In this document: positions 11,791-23,473 of the stretch, piece after piece | Layout: every line of letters begins with the position of its first letter | Numbering within the stretch: position 1 is the stretch's first letter | Assembly (NCBI GenBank): GCA_028534125.1 | Contig: CM052824.1 | Location: 59,830,001-59,894,000, forward strand | Length of the DNA stretch: 64,000 bases | Source: Lama glama | Taxonomy: Eukaryota | Direction: 5' to 3' | Position numbers and translations under genes: made by a program | Notes under the pieces: generated by a model | Databases searched by the model: none | Told to the model about the DNA's origin: nothing | The model's input: the letters and a program-made list of their open reading frames with translations, nothing else

Positions 11791-13564
11791 CTGTGTGGAG
11801 AGACACAGAGACACGGGTGGTCAGCGGGGAGGGGCGGGTGTGGGGCTGCAGCGGTCCCTCCACCCGGGCTCCAACGGGAGGGGGCTCTGCTGGGCATGCA
11901 GAGGTGCTCAGGAGATGTGAGCTCCAGGAGGGAGGAAAGGCCGCCAAGCGGAGGCAAGGGGTGGGATAGGGGCTCAGCACAGGCAGGGCAGGTGACTACG
12001 GCTGGGCAGGTCCAGGACGGCTGCCTAGAGGTGGAGGCACGTTGAAAGGAGATGCTCAGCAAAAGGGCGTCATGACTGTCCTGGAGGGAAGCCGAGGCAG
12101 GACAGGTGGGCTGGCGGACGGCTGAATAGGGACAGTGGGGTGGGGGCTAGGGCCGCAACCCAGGCCCCACGTGTAGGGGACTTGGGGCGGCAGGAAGAGC
12201 AGAGCCTGAGCCTGGGGGGTTAGCCGGTTCTATCACAGGCCCGGGTCCCTGCCCCCGTGGGGGCGGGGCTGCCGAGGCAGGTGGAGGGCGGGGCTCTTGG
12301 GGCCCCACCAGGTGCCTGCTCAGACCCCGTCTCCTCGGCTGGGCCGCACCACTTCCCATGACCTCTTGCTTCCAGGAAAGTAGGAGCTGGTTTCTTGAAA
12401 CAAGTTGTGGCCTGAATGCTCCTGTTGCTGGTCTGAAGTGTGGTGCTCCCGGCTGCATCTGGTGCTGCTCCCCCGCTGCCCTGCACCCCCCAGAGCCCCC
12501 ATCCCTTCCGCCTTCTGCCCCGCTGTTGTCGCGGTCCCTCCCCCACCTCGCCCCCACCCTGTGTCCTCGCCTCTGCTTTAACCCTCTTTTCTCCGGGACC
12601 CCCTCTTCCTGGGCCCTGAGCTCCTGGGGAGCCCCTCCTGTGCTCTCTCCACGCCCTGAGCACCCCCAGCCCAGCCCACAGTGCCCTTGCCACCCGCCTG
12701 CACCTGCCACCCTGGGAGCTCTCCTGGGGCCTGTCACCGGGCTCAGCTCCACACCCTGGCACTGGCACCAGGTGCCTGGGGGTCAGGAAATGTTGGCTGG
12801 GTGTGGGAGGCGAGCGTGAGCAAACGATGGACCCTGCAGGCCCGGCCCCGGGCGGGTGCGGAGCGCCGAGGTCCGCCGGCGGAACGGCTGGGGCTATGCT
12901 CCACCTCCCGGGACAGGGGTGTCTTTAGACAGAGGACAGTAGCTCGGGACTCCCTGCCTCCGCCCTTCTACGCGCCAGGTGCCAGCATTCTGTGGGGCGG
13001 TCTGGGCTTCACCCCAGGCCGGGGCAGGGCTCATGGTCAGGGCAGGAGCCTGTGGTAGAGGGGGCCGCCGGCCGGCAACCGCGACCGTGGGCACAGGGAG
13101 CCCCGAGCCGGCTGTCAGGCCGGGCAGGGAGGGAGGGGGTGCAGAGGGCGTCAGATCTGAGCTGCTACCGTCCCTCCTGAGTCCCCCACGACGGGAGCTC
13201 AGGCTGGCTGCTGCTGCGAGGCCACCCCTGAAATCCGTCCTTCAGACAGGCGGCGCCCCCTCAGGTCCCTCCAGGCTCCACTCCCTGCTGCGCCTGAGTC
13301 TGGTGTTCTGGGTAAAACCCTCGACCTTTCCGAGCCTCAGCGGCCTCATCTCTAAAACGGGAACATTCCGACTCTGCTCACAGCCCGGCCGCCGGGCTTA
13401 ACCGGGATAGGCCGCCCCAGGAGCCTGCACGAGGCGGGGCTCACTGGACGGCAGCTGCGCGACGCCGGCAGGGAGGTGTGCCCAGGCCGCTCCCTGCGCA
13501 CAAGCTCCCGCGGCCCCTCGAGGCACGTCCTTCTCCCCGTTGCCCAGGCAGACGGGCCCCCTAC

Positions 13565-14146
13565 CTTATTTTTGGCTGCGCACCGAGCAGGCTGGCTGGG
13601 CTCCTCAGCCAGAGCCTGCAGCTTGGGGGTGAGCTGGACAGTGTCCCCCTCGCCGCCTGGGGTCCCCAGGCCCTTCATGGCCGCCCGGTAGGACTGGTTC
13701 CGCAGGTTTCGCCTCAGCATCCCTCCGGGCACCATGTCCACGTCCATGTCGTCCAGGGAGAAGCTGGGGGCTGAGAGGAGCCGGGGGTCCCGCCGGGCGG
13801 CCTCCTTGCTGAGCACGGCTGCCCCGAAGCTCTGATGGCGGGCCGGGGTCTTCGCCTTGCTGGACACGGCCAGGCTCCTGGGGATCAGCTGCTGGGTGCC
13901 CATCTTGAGGGCCGCCGGGCTCTGTGTGCTCAAGACGATGGCCCTCAGCTCCTGGGCCTCGGGGGAAGGTGCCGGGGGTGCCGGGGTGTCAGGCTGGAAG
14001 GCGGCATTGCTCCCGGCTGGCAGGGAGCCCCGGACCATCGGGAGCCCGGACGCTGGGTTTCCTTTGGCGTCGAGCCGCAGCTCCGAGTGAAAGCGGTATT
14101 CCAGGAGCTTCTCCTCCAAGGAGCTGTCAGAGTGCCGCTGGGCCAT
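13565..14146 (-). CDS. ARHGEF16: ARHGEF16 exon 2 coding part (start codon)
   Basis: ATG at 14146 in strong context (ctcgccATGG); [15 protein letters not shown]...[14 protein letters not shown]...AAKNK; donor AAG|gtaggg; exon acceptor ccccag| at 14165 leaves 19 nt of 5'UTR. Confidence 0.96.
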
Positions 14147-14694
14147 GGCGAGTGGCCGCAGGGTCCTGGGGACAAGGACAGAGATGAGGCAGCCCTCCTG
14201 CACACTGGCCCCACTGCTCTTCTCAGCATCTGCCTTCCAGAGCCCGAGGTACAGCTGCCAGGACTCCCAGCCCATGGTCCCCGGACTCCCCAGGGAGGTG
14301 GGAGCGCAGCCGGCTGGAGGCGTGCAGGGAGGCTGGGGACAGTCTCAGACCTGCAGGGACCAGGCTGCGGGAATCAAGGCAGAGGACAGGAGGCTGGTCG
14401 CCAGGGCTCTGGGGACCTGGTGGGAGCAGCCTGCTTAGGGGCTGGCCTGGTGAGACACCTGTGTTTCCTCTGCTGGGTGGGACAGGCTCTTTTGGGGGTG
14501 CAAGCATGGGGCAGTGCGGGGTGCATGGGACCTGGACTGGAATCAGCCACTCGGCCTCTTGGCACCATTTTCTCAGGGTCAGTGTGAGGACGCCAAGAAA
14601 CGCTGTCCGTGCCAGACGGCCTGGCTGCGCCCCCGCCCCGCCTCACCCCGGGTTCTGAGCACGCAGGGCCAGGCTTCGCTCTGCGGCTCCAGCT

Positions 14695-14820
14695 GTATTA
14701 TCTCCTCCAAATCGAGAGGCATGGGCTTCATTCTCATTTTGCAGAGAGGCCAGGGGCTGGCAGGACGCATGGGAACAGGGTCTGAACCCAGGCCTGTCTG
14801 ATTCTCTTGTCTCAGCACCG
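14695..14820. mobile_element. MIR SINE fragment
   Basis: attctcattttgcagagagg...tctgaacccaggcctgtctgattc resembles the MIR core and 3' part. Confidence 0.55.
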
Positions 14821-15659
14821 CCTGGGGTGACACCACTGTGTTCAGCCGTCTACATGGCCTTTCCACACGTCCCATGACACACTCACACTTTCCACACGTC
14901 TGAACTCAGAACGGGGCCAACAGTCTGTCTCAGGAGCCTTGCCAGGCACGGTCACAGTGTGAGCCACGTGGTCCCGGAGAGGGAGGGGGGTGTTTGCATA
15001 GCTCTGCCCCGGCGCCCACAGCCCCAGGACACACTGTGCTCCAGGGGCGCGGCCGTGGCCTGTGACCGGCACCCTCTGAGGGCTGTCCACTCTCCCCGCA
15101 TCCCCCAGATGTTCCAGCCCATCCCTCCCAGCACCTCATGTCCCACCTCCACCCCTTCTCCCTCTCCATCCTCACCCACCCTCCAGCCCTCGGCCAGCCT
15201 GGCAGCCCCACGTGACGTGATATCCCCACGTGTCCACCACTGTCCCCCACTTTCCTCCTTCCAGCACAGGTAGGGCTGAGCAAAGGACATGTGTCCCTCC
15301 TGGGCAGAAACTTCTGGAGCCACTGACAGATTCCCTGCCGTGCCCTCCCCCATGGCAGTGATGGCGGGAGCGCACGTCTGAATGGAGCCCCATCAGCCTG
15401 GGACCTGAGTGCCCAGGACGTGTAGGGCCCAGAGACCCAGGGTCTGTAAGCATTTTTGCGGGGCTATTTGTCACTGCAGCATAACCAGGCTCATCCTGAC
15501 TGTTAGCACATCATTCGGCCAGGGTGGGTGGGTCCACGGCCACGTGTCACACCTCTGGGCCAGGCAGAACCACTTACAAGCCTCAAGGGCACCAGCCTCT
15601 GACCACTGACCAATCCAATCTGAGGGTCTGCTCTCCCATCGCCACTGTTCCTTCTCCCC

Positions 15660-15735
15660 ACTGCTCGCTGCGCCTTGGTTTCAAAATCTGTAAAATGGGC
15701 ACAGTAAGAATCACCCCGCCTCCCGAGGGTGCTGG
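15660..15735. mobile_element. MIR SINE fragment
   Basis: cttggtttcaaaatctgtaaaatggg resembles the MIR core ctcagtttcctcatctgtaaaatggg. Confidence 0.6.
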
Positions 15736-16014
15736 GAAGGGTGGTGGGCTCATAGGTGCTGGGCATGAGGGGCCGCCGAGGGCCATAGCCTTGCAAGACC
15801 AAGCTGCATAGAAGGTTACCTGGAGCCTCAAAGGGAGAGGCTGCCGGCTTAGCACTTTGTAGGATCAAAATCCAACAGGGGGAGAACTCGCTCCTTTAAT
15901 TCTTTCCCCTTTGAATAAAAACCTGGATAGCCACCCTTCATGTGCTTCTGATATACACTTCTTAAATGTTCAAATGCTTCTTAAATGTTAGCATGATCAG
16001 GGCCGGGCGAGAGG

Positions 16015-16080
16015 GGGAGCCTGTTTTCCAGATGGGGAAACCAAGGCTCCAGGTCATCTGTCCAGGGGCCCAGCTGGGAG
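16015..16080. mobile_element. MIR SINE fragment
   Basis: cctgttttccagatggggaaaccaaggctc resembles the MIR core. Confidence 0.55.
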
Positions 16081-17859
16081 GGAGCCTCGCCACCACGCCT
16101 GCGCCGACAGATGGGGAAGGAATGCTGACCGGGAATTTCTCTGGCAGCCCTGCTGAGGGAGGGAGCTACCTGCTTTCTCCCATCTAGGGGGCCCGCAGCG
16201 GAAGTGGCAAGGCCTGGGATGGTGGGTGCCGCCGGGGAATCACCATCTGCCCCAGGAATCACCGGGCGGGTCCCAGCCCGAGCCCGCCTCACGCACAGCC
16301 TTGGGTCTGCGTGCTCGCCCTGGGAGGTTCTAGCTTCAGCCTAGGAATCCCTCTGACGGGAGGCCGGGCAGGGCAGGCGCACGGGGCTGGCCTCGCTCAT
16401 GGCACGGTCAGAGCGACTGCAGGGCAACTGGAGGCCTGGCTCTCTGCCTGGCTCTGTCCCAGTCCATCAGTTTTACGCTAAAACCATCCCAGGAAAGCGT
16501 GTGCGGCTCAGCCTCCCGGGCCCACAGGGAGGGGCTGCCCACCCGCCCGTGAGCCCTGGCCACCCCCACAGCAGGAGGCTGCCCACGCATTCCTGGGGAC
16601 AGTCTGAGTCACCAGGCCGAGGGTGGCAGCAGCCAGCCCGGGCCTCCCAGGGAGCCGGCAGCCGTGGGCAGAGGCCACACCCGCCTGGATCGCCCACCCA
16701 CGTGAACTTGGCTGCACGTTAGCCAGGCCTGGCTGAGAAATGGGCTTCTTTCAGACTGTGTCTGTTTGCACACCGAGCACAATGCACCCAAGTGGGCGGC
16801 CGGCCAGGAGACCCCCAGTGTCTGAGTCCTTTTATTCTAGCCTCGGTGTATCTGCCACAGGGAGGGCTGACGCTGTCCTAACACGCAGGTGGCACTGAAG
16901 GGCCAGACAGTGACTGTGGGGCCGTGAGCCCCGCCCGCCCTGTCCCCTCATCCATCCTCCTTCCCCGCCTCCTCCCTTCTTGAGCCCCAGGCCTGAGTCT
17001 TCCTGATCCCCTCCTCTGAGCCCGGCCAGTGGCGCGGCGTCTCCCAGGAGAGGGCAAAGTCTGCTCCCAGCTGGAAGGTGCCAGGTGGAGCCCGTCAGGC
17101 CCGCCATGGCTGGACGTGACCTTGGTTCCTCGGAGGGGGCCACACCCACAGACCTGGGCAGCCTCCAACGTGGGACCCAGGCCCGAAGGAGAGGGGCTCT
17201 GTGCCAGAGGTGTGGGCAGCTGCCCGGCTCTGCACGAGGCCCGGGCCCCAGCCTGAGCGGCCCCCGGAGCAGCAGGCATCACAGGGCCACCGTCTTCTTC
17301 CTTCCAGTGTTTAGTTGGTCACACAGCCACCTGGGTGTAGGTTCAGAAGTCAAACAGCACCGAGAGGCTTATCATCAAAGACAGGCGTCCTCTTCCGCAC
17401 GCCACCACCCCATTCCCCGCCAGCCACCACTCTGGGCTTTTCAGCTTCCTCCCAATTTCCAAACCAGGCCCGGCGTGCTCTTTCATGATCTCCCGGCTGT
17501 GGGCATCACCGACCCTCTCTGGCCGGCTGCATGGACGAGACCCCAGCCTCGGCTCGGCCCATCCGTGTGGGTGTTTGTGTTAGCACGGCCCGCCTGCCCC
17601 CGCTTCTCGTTAATAATTCTCTCTTGTTTACTGGCTGGCCTTCCTCCTGTTAATTTCCTGGGTGCGCCCCAGCGGCCATGCCCTGAGAATGCTGGCCACA
17701 CAGTGCGCAGGGTCAAGCGGCTGCCCGCCTTTGCCCAGAGACCCTGTCCTCTCTCCCCGGCACACCCCTCCCTGCTTCGGGGGCAGGAGATCGGCCCTCG
17801 GCCCCCACCCTGCACACCAGTCCTCTTCTTTCTTCCTTCCCTCCCCTCTGAGCCAGGGC

Positions 17860-18560
17860 CCGCCCCCTGCCCCCACCCACTGGCATCTTCCCAAGGCAGC
17901 GCCACAGGAGGGAGATCTTTGTCTAAAAATGTCTCCTTTCTGCCTTTTCCTCTGCCGGTAGCCAGCGGAGCTTAGGGTCCCATTTGAGACTAGTTTCTTC
18001 CAGAATGGAGAAGGCTCCTTCCCTTGCCTTCCCACTGCTGCTGAGACATCGGTCTGACTTCTCCTCCTCGCGTCGTGACGGGAGGCTCTCCCTAGCGCCA
18101 CCGGGGGTGTGGGCTCCCCGCTTGACCCCCGAGCACTGACAGCCACGGGGATGCGCTCACAGAGACGGAGCCACAGGCTTGTGCATCCTGCCAAGCTGTT
18201 CTAGGTCCACACGCTTCCCAGTGGTGCTTCTTTGATAGGTCCTCCCACCTCTTTTCTCTGCTCTCTTTCCGGACAGACGTCTGTGAGCACTGACGCCACT
18301 GAGCTGCCCTCCTAATCGCCCATCTCTCCCCTCCTGCATCCCGCGTCATCCTTTGTGGGGGGCTCCCTCCGTCCCCCTGAACGGCTCTTGTTCTTCTCGT
18401 CCTACGAGGCGCTCTCTCCTGCTCTTTACTCACCGCAGCCTGTTCTTGTTTCGCGAATGCCATGCACTCTGTCAATGTATTTTCTTTCCAACTAGTTTCT
18501 CTCTGCCCCTGGCCCAGCCACACTTCTCCTTCATCTCAGCCCCCTCCCAGGCCCCAGGCT
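17860..18560 (-). mobile_element. Ancient L1M/HAL1-like ORF1 fragment
   Basis: Pyrimidine-rich + strand; tttgtctaaaaatgtctcctttctgcct... and cccactgctgctgagacatc resemble antisense old L1 ORF1; heavily diverged, boundaries approximate. Confidence 0.45.
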
Positions 18561-19593
18561 TTCCTCAAACACCGGGTGGTCCTGGTCCTGGTCTGCTGTC
18601 AGCTTCTGTTAGGAGACAGGCAGGTGCTGGTGGGGGTCCTGTACCCCAAGCACACACATGGCCTTGTGCTCGGGTTACTCTGCCCAGCCAAGCTCACGAC
18701 TCGGAGTCACAGGGAATTTGGGGCAGAAGCATGCACGTCTGCCTGGCAGACTCTTGGGGACCCCTCACCGGGTCTCGTTCTGGCAGCTCCTCCTCCAGCA
18801 GAGTAGCTCTTTCATTGTCCTCATCGGATGCTGGCCAATGCCTGGTGTCCTGCAGCCAGCACAGGGGATGGGTGAGAGCGTGTGCTCTCCAGGCAGCGAT
18901 GTCGCTCAGAGAGGCCGGACACCCTGCAGTGACCACTTGAGTCACAGAGGCAGGTCTGCTCCCCAGCAAGGCAGCCCCGGAAAGCTCCCCCAAAGATGCC
19001 CATGGCAGTGAGGGCTTCATGGTGACTGTCTGTCCCTCTGTCTTCCCCAACGAGTCTGTGCATCCTTTAGGAGCAAGGACGACTTCCTGTTCACGTCCCC
19101 ACAAACAGTTGGGCTCAATTCCCAAACTGAAGAGGGAAGGCTGACCTTGTGAGCACCTTCTCTGGGCTTCTCTCCCTGGAAGCACGTCTTCCGGAAGAGG
19201 CCCTGCTGCTCTATGCGGAAAATTAACCCGCACGGGACTTGGCTTCGAGTGAGCCAAACCCTCCAGGGCAGCGCCACGGGGGCTCCAGGCCTGTCTGTGC
19301 CACCGCCCGGCGACACCCGGCTGCTTCTGCTCGGGGCGGGGCTGGGAGGGCCAGTACCTTTGAGCCCTGGGAACCACAGCACTAGCTTTTTCCTTGGCCC
19401 CTAAGCAGCCCGCCCTGGGGTCCCCGGCACACATGCAGATGCGAGTCAGGGGTACGTGGGACCTGGGTGGGAGGAGTGGTGGGCTGAGGGTCAGAGGTGG
19501 AGGCAGAAGGGCCTCCGGTGGCCTCAGGTGACCCGACCCAGCTTGTCTGGTCCTGAGCTGCACTTGGCTGCACCCTGGCTGTGTTTCGGGTCG

Positions 19594-19677
19594 CCTGGCC
19601 CAGGGGGTCCCATGCAGCCCAGCCCCCCAGAGCCCTGGCCGGGGGGCCCCGTGCAGCCCAGCCCCCCAGAGCCCTGG
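19594..19677. repeat. ~40-bp tandem duplication
   Basis: Two copies of cctggcc..ggggg.ccc.tgcagcccagccccccagagc. Confidence 0.85.
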
Positions 19678-21351
19678 TTCTTCTGGGTGGATGGGCTTCC
19701 TGGGGCCCCAGTGGGCTCAGTGCCATCCCTCCTGCTCCCCCGAAGAAGCACAGTCCCCCTGGCGTGGGCCTGTGGCCCTGGTCTCAGCTGCTCTCACAGA
19801 CACCAGGACCCAAACTGCACGGAGCTTAGGACCCACTGCCCCTCGGGTGAGGTCACCCCGACACCTCCATCCTTGGGGCACCTCTGTCCCTCTAAGGTCT
19901 GGTGGGCTTGACCCTGCCTGGAGGGGCTCAGTCCACCTGGCATCGTGTGCCCAGGCTCATCTTTGCTCGGGCACGCTGGACCCACAATGACGGCCTTGTG
20001 CTCGGGTGACTGCCCGGCCAAGCTCAAGATGTGGAGTCGCGCGGACGGCGGGGCAGGATTTGGCTTCGGAAAACACACGGCACGCAGCAAACGGTTTCAT
20101 TTGCAAAGCGGTGGGGGGCAGCTGGGGGCTCTCCACTGAGGTGCCTTGGCCCCCTCAGGGGACACTCAACAGTGTCTGGAGACAGTGGTCACAGCCGGGG
20201 CCGAGCTACTGGCCTCTTGTGCGTAGGGCCCAGGGGTGCTGCCCAGTGCTTTACAGCGCACAGGGCAGCCCCACAAGGGATGATCTGGAACAAACGTCCC
20301 CAGGGCTGAGCTGGAGAAACCTCAGCTTAGCTAAGCGCAGACTCACCCGCCAGCGTCGGGGTCGGGAAGACCCACCGGCCGCCCTCGGCCCGGGACGCAG
20401 CCTGGCAGCCGGCAGTGCTAAGCCCTGGGCTCCCCCTTTGGACAAGGGCTACAGGTCCCCGGTGGGGCAGTCATCACAGAGACCACCCTCCTGGATCAGC
20501 CCGCGGTGCCCACCCGTCCAGGCCCCTCCGTGGCTTCCTGCTCCCGCCTCTGAGTCCAGACGCCCCATAAGCCCAGCCGCTTTGCCAGGCTTGGCTGGCA
20601 CACAGGGATGGGGAGTCAGAGCCCTGACTCCACAGGTGGCCTGCACAGATGACCCACGGGTGTCCTCCACACACTCTCTCGTCCACTGTGTCCTCAGTCC
20701 CTCACTGCTCTTCTGGAAGGAGGGTACTTCCCCTCTCTGCCAGGTGAGAAGCAGGTGCAGAAGGAATGTGACCCCTGCTGGGGTCGGGCAGCGGGCAGCA
20801 GAGAGCTGGGTGGGGAGCCAGGCCCCGTCTGACCTAGATCACTGCCCCAACCCCAGCGGGGTGAGTGGCGACTCTCACTGGAAATAAAGACGCTGGGACA
20901 GGTGGCCGGTCACCCGAGCACGGACAGTAACTCCCACAGGCGAAGGAGACAAGCAGCTGAGACCCACTCAGAAACTGAAACTAAAATTCCGGGAGCCAGA
21001 CGCGGGGAGCGGCTGTGCCCGTCAGACCAGGCACAGACTGGCATCTCAGGGGCCCCGGCAAGCTGCCTCACGCCACTTCACCTCTGTGCCTTGTTCCCTT
21101 CCATGCAGGGTCGGAGACACCCCCCAGGAACCAGAGCCCCTGGGGAAGAGGGATGTCCCCCCCTGCCCCCACACAGGGTCCTTCCTGCAGGTGTCCAGGC
21201 GGGGGGGGGGAGGGGCCCCTGCCAGGAGGCCTCGGGGGAGCCCTGGCCTGTGCCCACGATCTACCCCACAGAAGTTTTCATCTTTTGTGGCCTGTGGGCA
21301 TCGTCAGAGCAGCGACCAGAACAGAAAGGAGCCCCAGCTGAGTCAGCATCC

Positions 21352-21445
21352 TCTAACTACTCTCATTTTACAGAGGTGGAAACCGAGGCCCAGAGGGCTG
21401 AAGTCACTTGCCTTAAGTCACACAGAGCCAGGATTTGGACCTGGG
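21352..21445. mobile_element. MIR SINE fragment
   Basis: ctcattttacagaggtggaaaccgaggcccagagggctgaagtcacttgccttaagtcacacag is a near-canonical MIR core. Confidence 0.8.
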
Positions 21446-22139
21446 GACCCCACCCCTAAGCACTAGGCAGCAGGGGTGCAGGCAGACCGGTGTACAGAGT
21501 CAGGGGTGCTCCAGTCCGTCCCAGCCAGACCCGCAAGCTGCTTTGCCTGGCCTTGGTCGGCCTGACAAGCACCCCTTAACCCCTCACCAGGAGGTGCAGA
21601 CTGTCCACCTCAAGGACAGAGGAAGGAATCAGGCCGTCTGGGCTCCAGGTGGGAAGGGGAGCTCCCCAGCGCCCCCGCCCCCACGCCAGAGAGTGGACTG
21701 AGGCCCACCCACTTCTCGGAAAGGAGCCTTGCTTCCCAGATGCAGAAGCGGAGGCTGGGCAGACAGACAGGTGTCCCAGCAGCTTCGGGAGCCGGGAGTC
21801 GAGCCCCACCCTCCTCCCTCCCCTCTCTCTCTCGGCTCAGGCAGAGCAGGACCCCTTCCCTGCTGGGGGCTGCTCCCCACGGTGGGCGAGGAGTTCCTTC
21901 TCCACTTGCTGTGGGGAGGGCTCCTCATTCTTGGGGCTGCTAACTCTTGTGCCGACGCAGGTTTGGGCAGCAGATTCTCCAGGGTTTGGGGAGAGTTCTT
22001 TATTGCCCCTCCCCCCTTTTCAAAGGCCCTGGGGCTCCCTAAAGATCTCTCAGCTCCTATGCCCCGGTGGGAGCTCTGGCTGCAGAGTTCCTCTCCAGGG
22101 CCAGGAAGCGCCCCTAGGGCTCAAAGGAGGGTAGGGGGC

Positions 22140-23050
22140 GGACGGACGCCGGGAAGCTTGAAGCCCGGCAGTGGGGGAGGGGAGGAAGTTCGGGGGCCCT
22201 GGGGCCAGCCAGGCCCCGCCCCCTCCCGCAGCCCCGGCCGCAGCCACCGCGGAGGGAGGGAGCCGCAGAGTGTCGTGGCCCCCGGGGCGGGGCTGGCGGA
22301 AAAGCGCAGGGGACGGAAGGCGCCCCCACGGTTGCCGGCCCCCTCCAAGGTGTCCCCGCACTGCCCCGCTCACCCGTCCTTTCCCAGGCTCACCTCTTGG
22401 CCCCTCACCTGCCCCCAGGCTTACCTGCGCCGCGGGGCGGAGGACGGAGCTACGAGCGCGGCGGCCGACGTGGGGCCGGTCCAGCCTCCAGGCTCCCGCC
22501 CTGGCGGGGCGGCCGTTCCGGGCCCCGCGCTGGGTCCCGGCCGCTCGGTCCCTCCCTGTCCCCGCCCCGCCACTTCCTGTGCGGCCCTGCGGGAGGCGGC
22601 GGCGCCCTCCGGCCCCGCAGGTGGGCGGCCAGGTGGGCAGGGCGCCAAGGGCCGGGCGGGAGCGGACTGCGGGGCGCACCCCAGGTACCTGGCCGTGCCG
22701 CCTGCGTCACTGTCCCCACGTGGCCGGCCGGCGCCCACGTGGCCCGCGGCCAAGCGGGCTCGCGCCTCGGAGTCCCGGCCGGAGTCCCCTGCGCCCCCTA
22801 TGTCCACGCCATCGGTCGGGCGTCGCCTGCTGGGGTGCCCCCGGGTGGCCTGCCTTCTCCCACTGCGACCCTGAATTTCTCCTTATAGGCCTGGCTCTGC
22901 TGCCTCCTCTTCCAAGAAGTCCTCCTGGAAGCCGACCAGCCCGCGGGGAGTCTGATGCTTGAGAGGCTCCGCAGCTGCAAAAACGGCCGCAGCTTCTGGA
23001 TTTGGAGACCGCGGCCAGAGAGCTGCCCGCGAGCACACCGCGCACTCTGG
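22140..23050. promoter_or_regulatory. CpG island, ARHGEF16 promoter
   Basis: Very high CpG density, several GGGGCGG GC boxes, ETS-type ACAGGAAGTG on the minus strand at 22571-22580. Confidence 0.8.
22425..22600 (-). other. ARHGEF16: Probable non-coding exon 1 of ARHGEF16; TSS approximate
   Basis: Perfect CAG|GTAAGC donor at 22425 inside the CpG island; exon 2 needs an upstream exon; TSS cannot be fixed from sequence alone. Confidence 0.6.
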
Positions 23051-23069
23051 CCCCTTCGTGTGCATCTGC

Positions 23070-23160
23070 TGCCCCTTCCCAGATAAGGATACTGAGGCCT
23101 GGGAAAGAAGGCGCTTGCCAGTTGGCACAAGGCTGAGTCTGGACTTGAAGCCTGGCCTTT
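23070..23160. mobile_element. MIR SINE fragment
   Basis: cccagataaggatactgaggcctggg resembles the MIR core. Confidence 0.5.
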
Positions 23161-23440
23161 GCAGGCCTTGCCCAGGGTGTAGAGTCTGCAACAGCTCCCC
23201 AGCGGGGCTTTCAGGAGCCCAGTTCCCTGGCGCTGGAGAAGGTGCTGGGGGCTGGGACAGGTTGGCTTCCACTCTGGGCTTGGGCCCACCAGCCAGTCAG
23301 ACAGGCAGGGCGCCCCCATGCCCCGTCATCCTGCCTGCCCTGTGTCACCCACACCCCGGTGTCAGGTGACTCCTGGATGTGACCTGAGATCCCCAGACTC
23401 ATCCTTGTAGGTGCGGATGTGCCAGTCCCCTTCTGGTCTG

Positions 23441-23473
23441 CGTTTGGGTCCCTTTACGTTTGGGTCCCTTTAC
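23441..23473. repeat. Perfect 16-bp tandem duplication
   Basis: cgtttgggtcccttta x2. Confidence 0.9.

Larger units (their letters stand above)
120..22600 (-). other. ARHGEF16: ARHGEF16 (Ephexin-4, DH-PH-SH3 RhoGEF) gene span; terminal exon lies beyond the left edge
   Basis: 13 coding exons with GT-AG boundaries join in frame (1984 nt), from [15 protein letters not shown] through the DH, PH and start of the SH3 domain; position downstream of PRDM16 matches known synteny. Confidence 0.97.

Noticed and set aside
11930-12150. Possible L2 fragment (also 61890-62050) and weak MIR-like bits at ~58965 and ~61610
   Set aside because: Too diverged to support by eye; needs RepeatMasker
14166-14275. 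Upstream in-frame ATG extending ARHGEF16 by 43 aa
   Set aside because: It lies in intron 1, upstream of a good polypyrimidine/AG acceptor at 14165; the recognisable protein starts at 14146
21729-22874. 381-aa + strand ORF and overlapping ORFs across the CpG island
   Set aside because: Pro/Gly/Arg/Ala-rich with no recognisable domain and a non-ATG start; long open frames are expected from stop-codon scarcity in a CpG island
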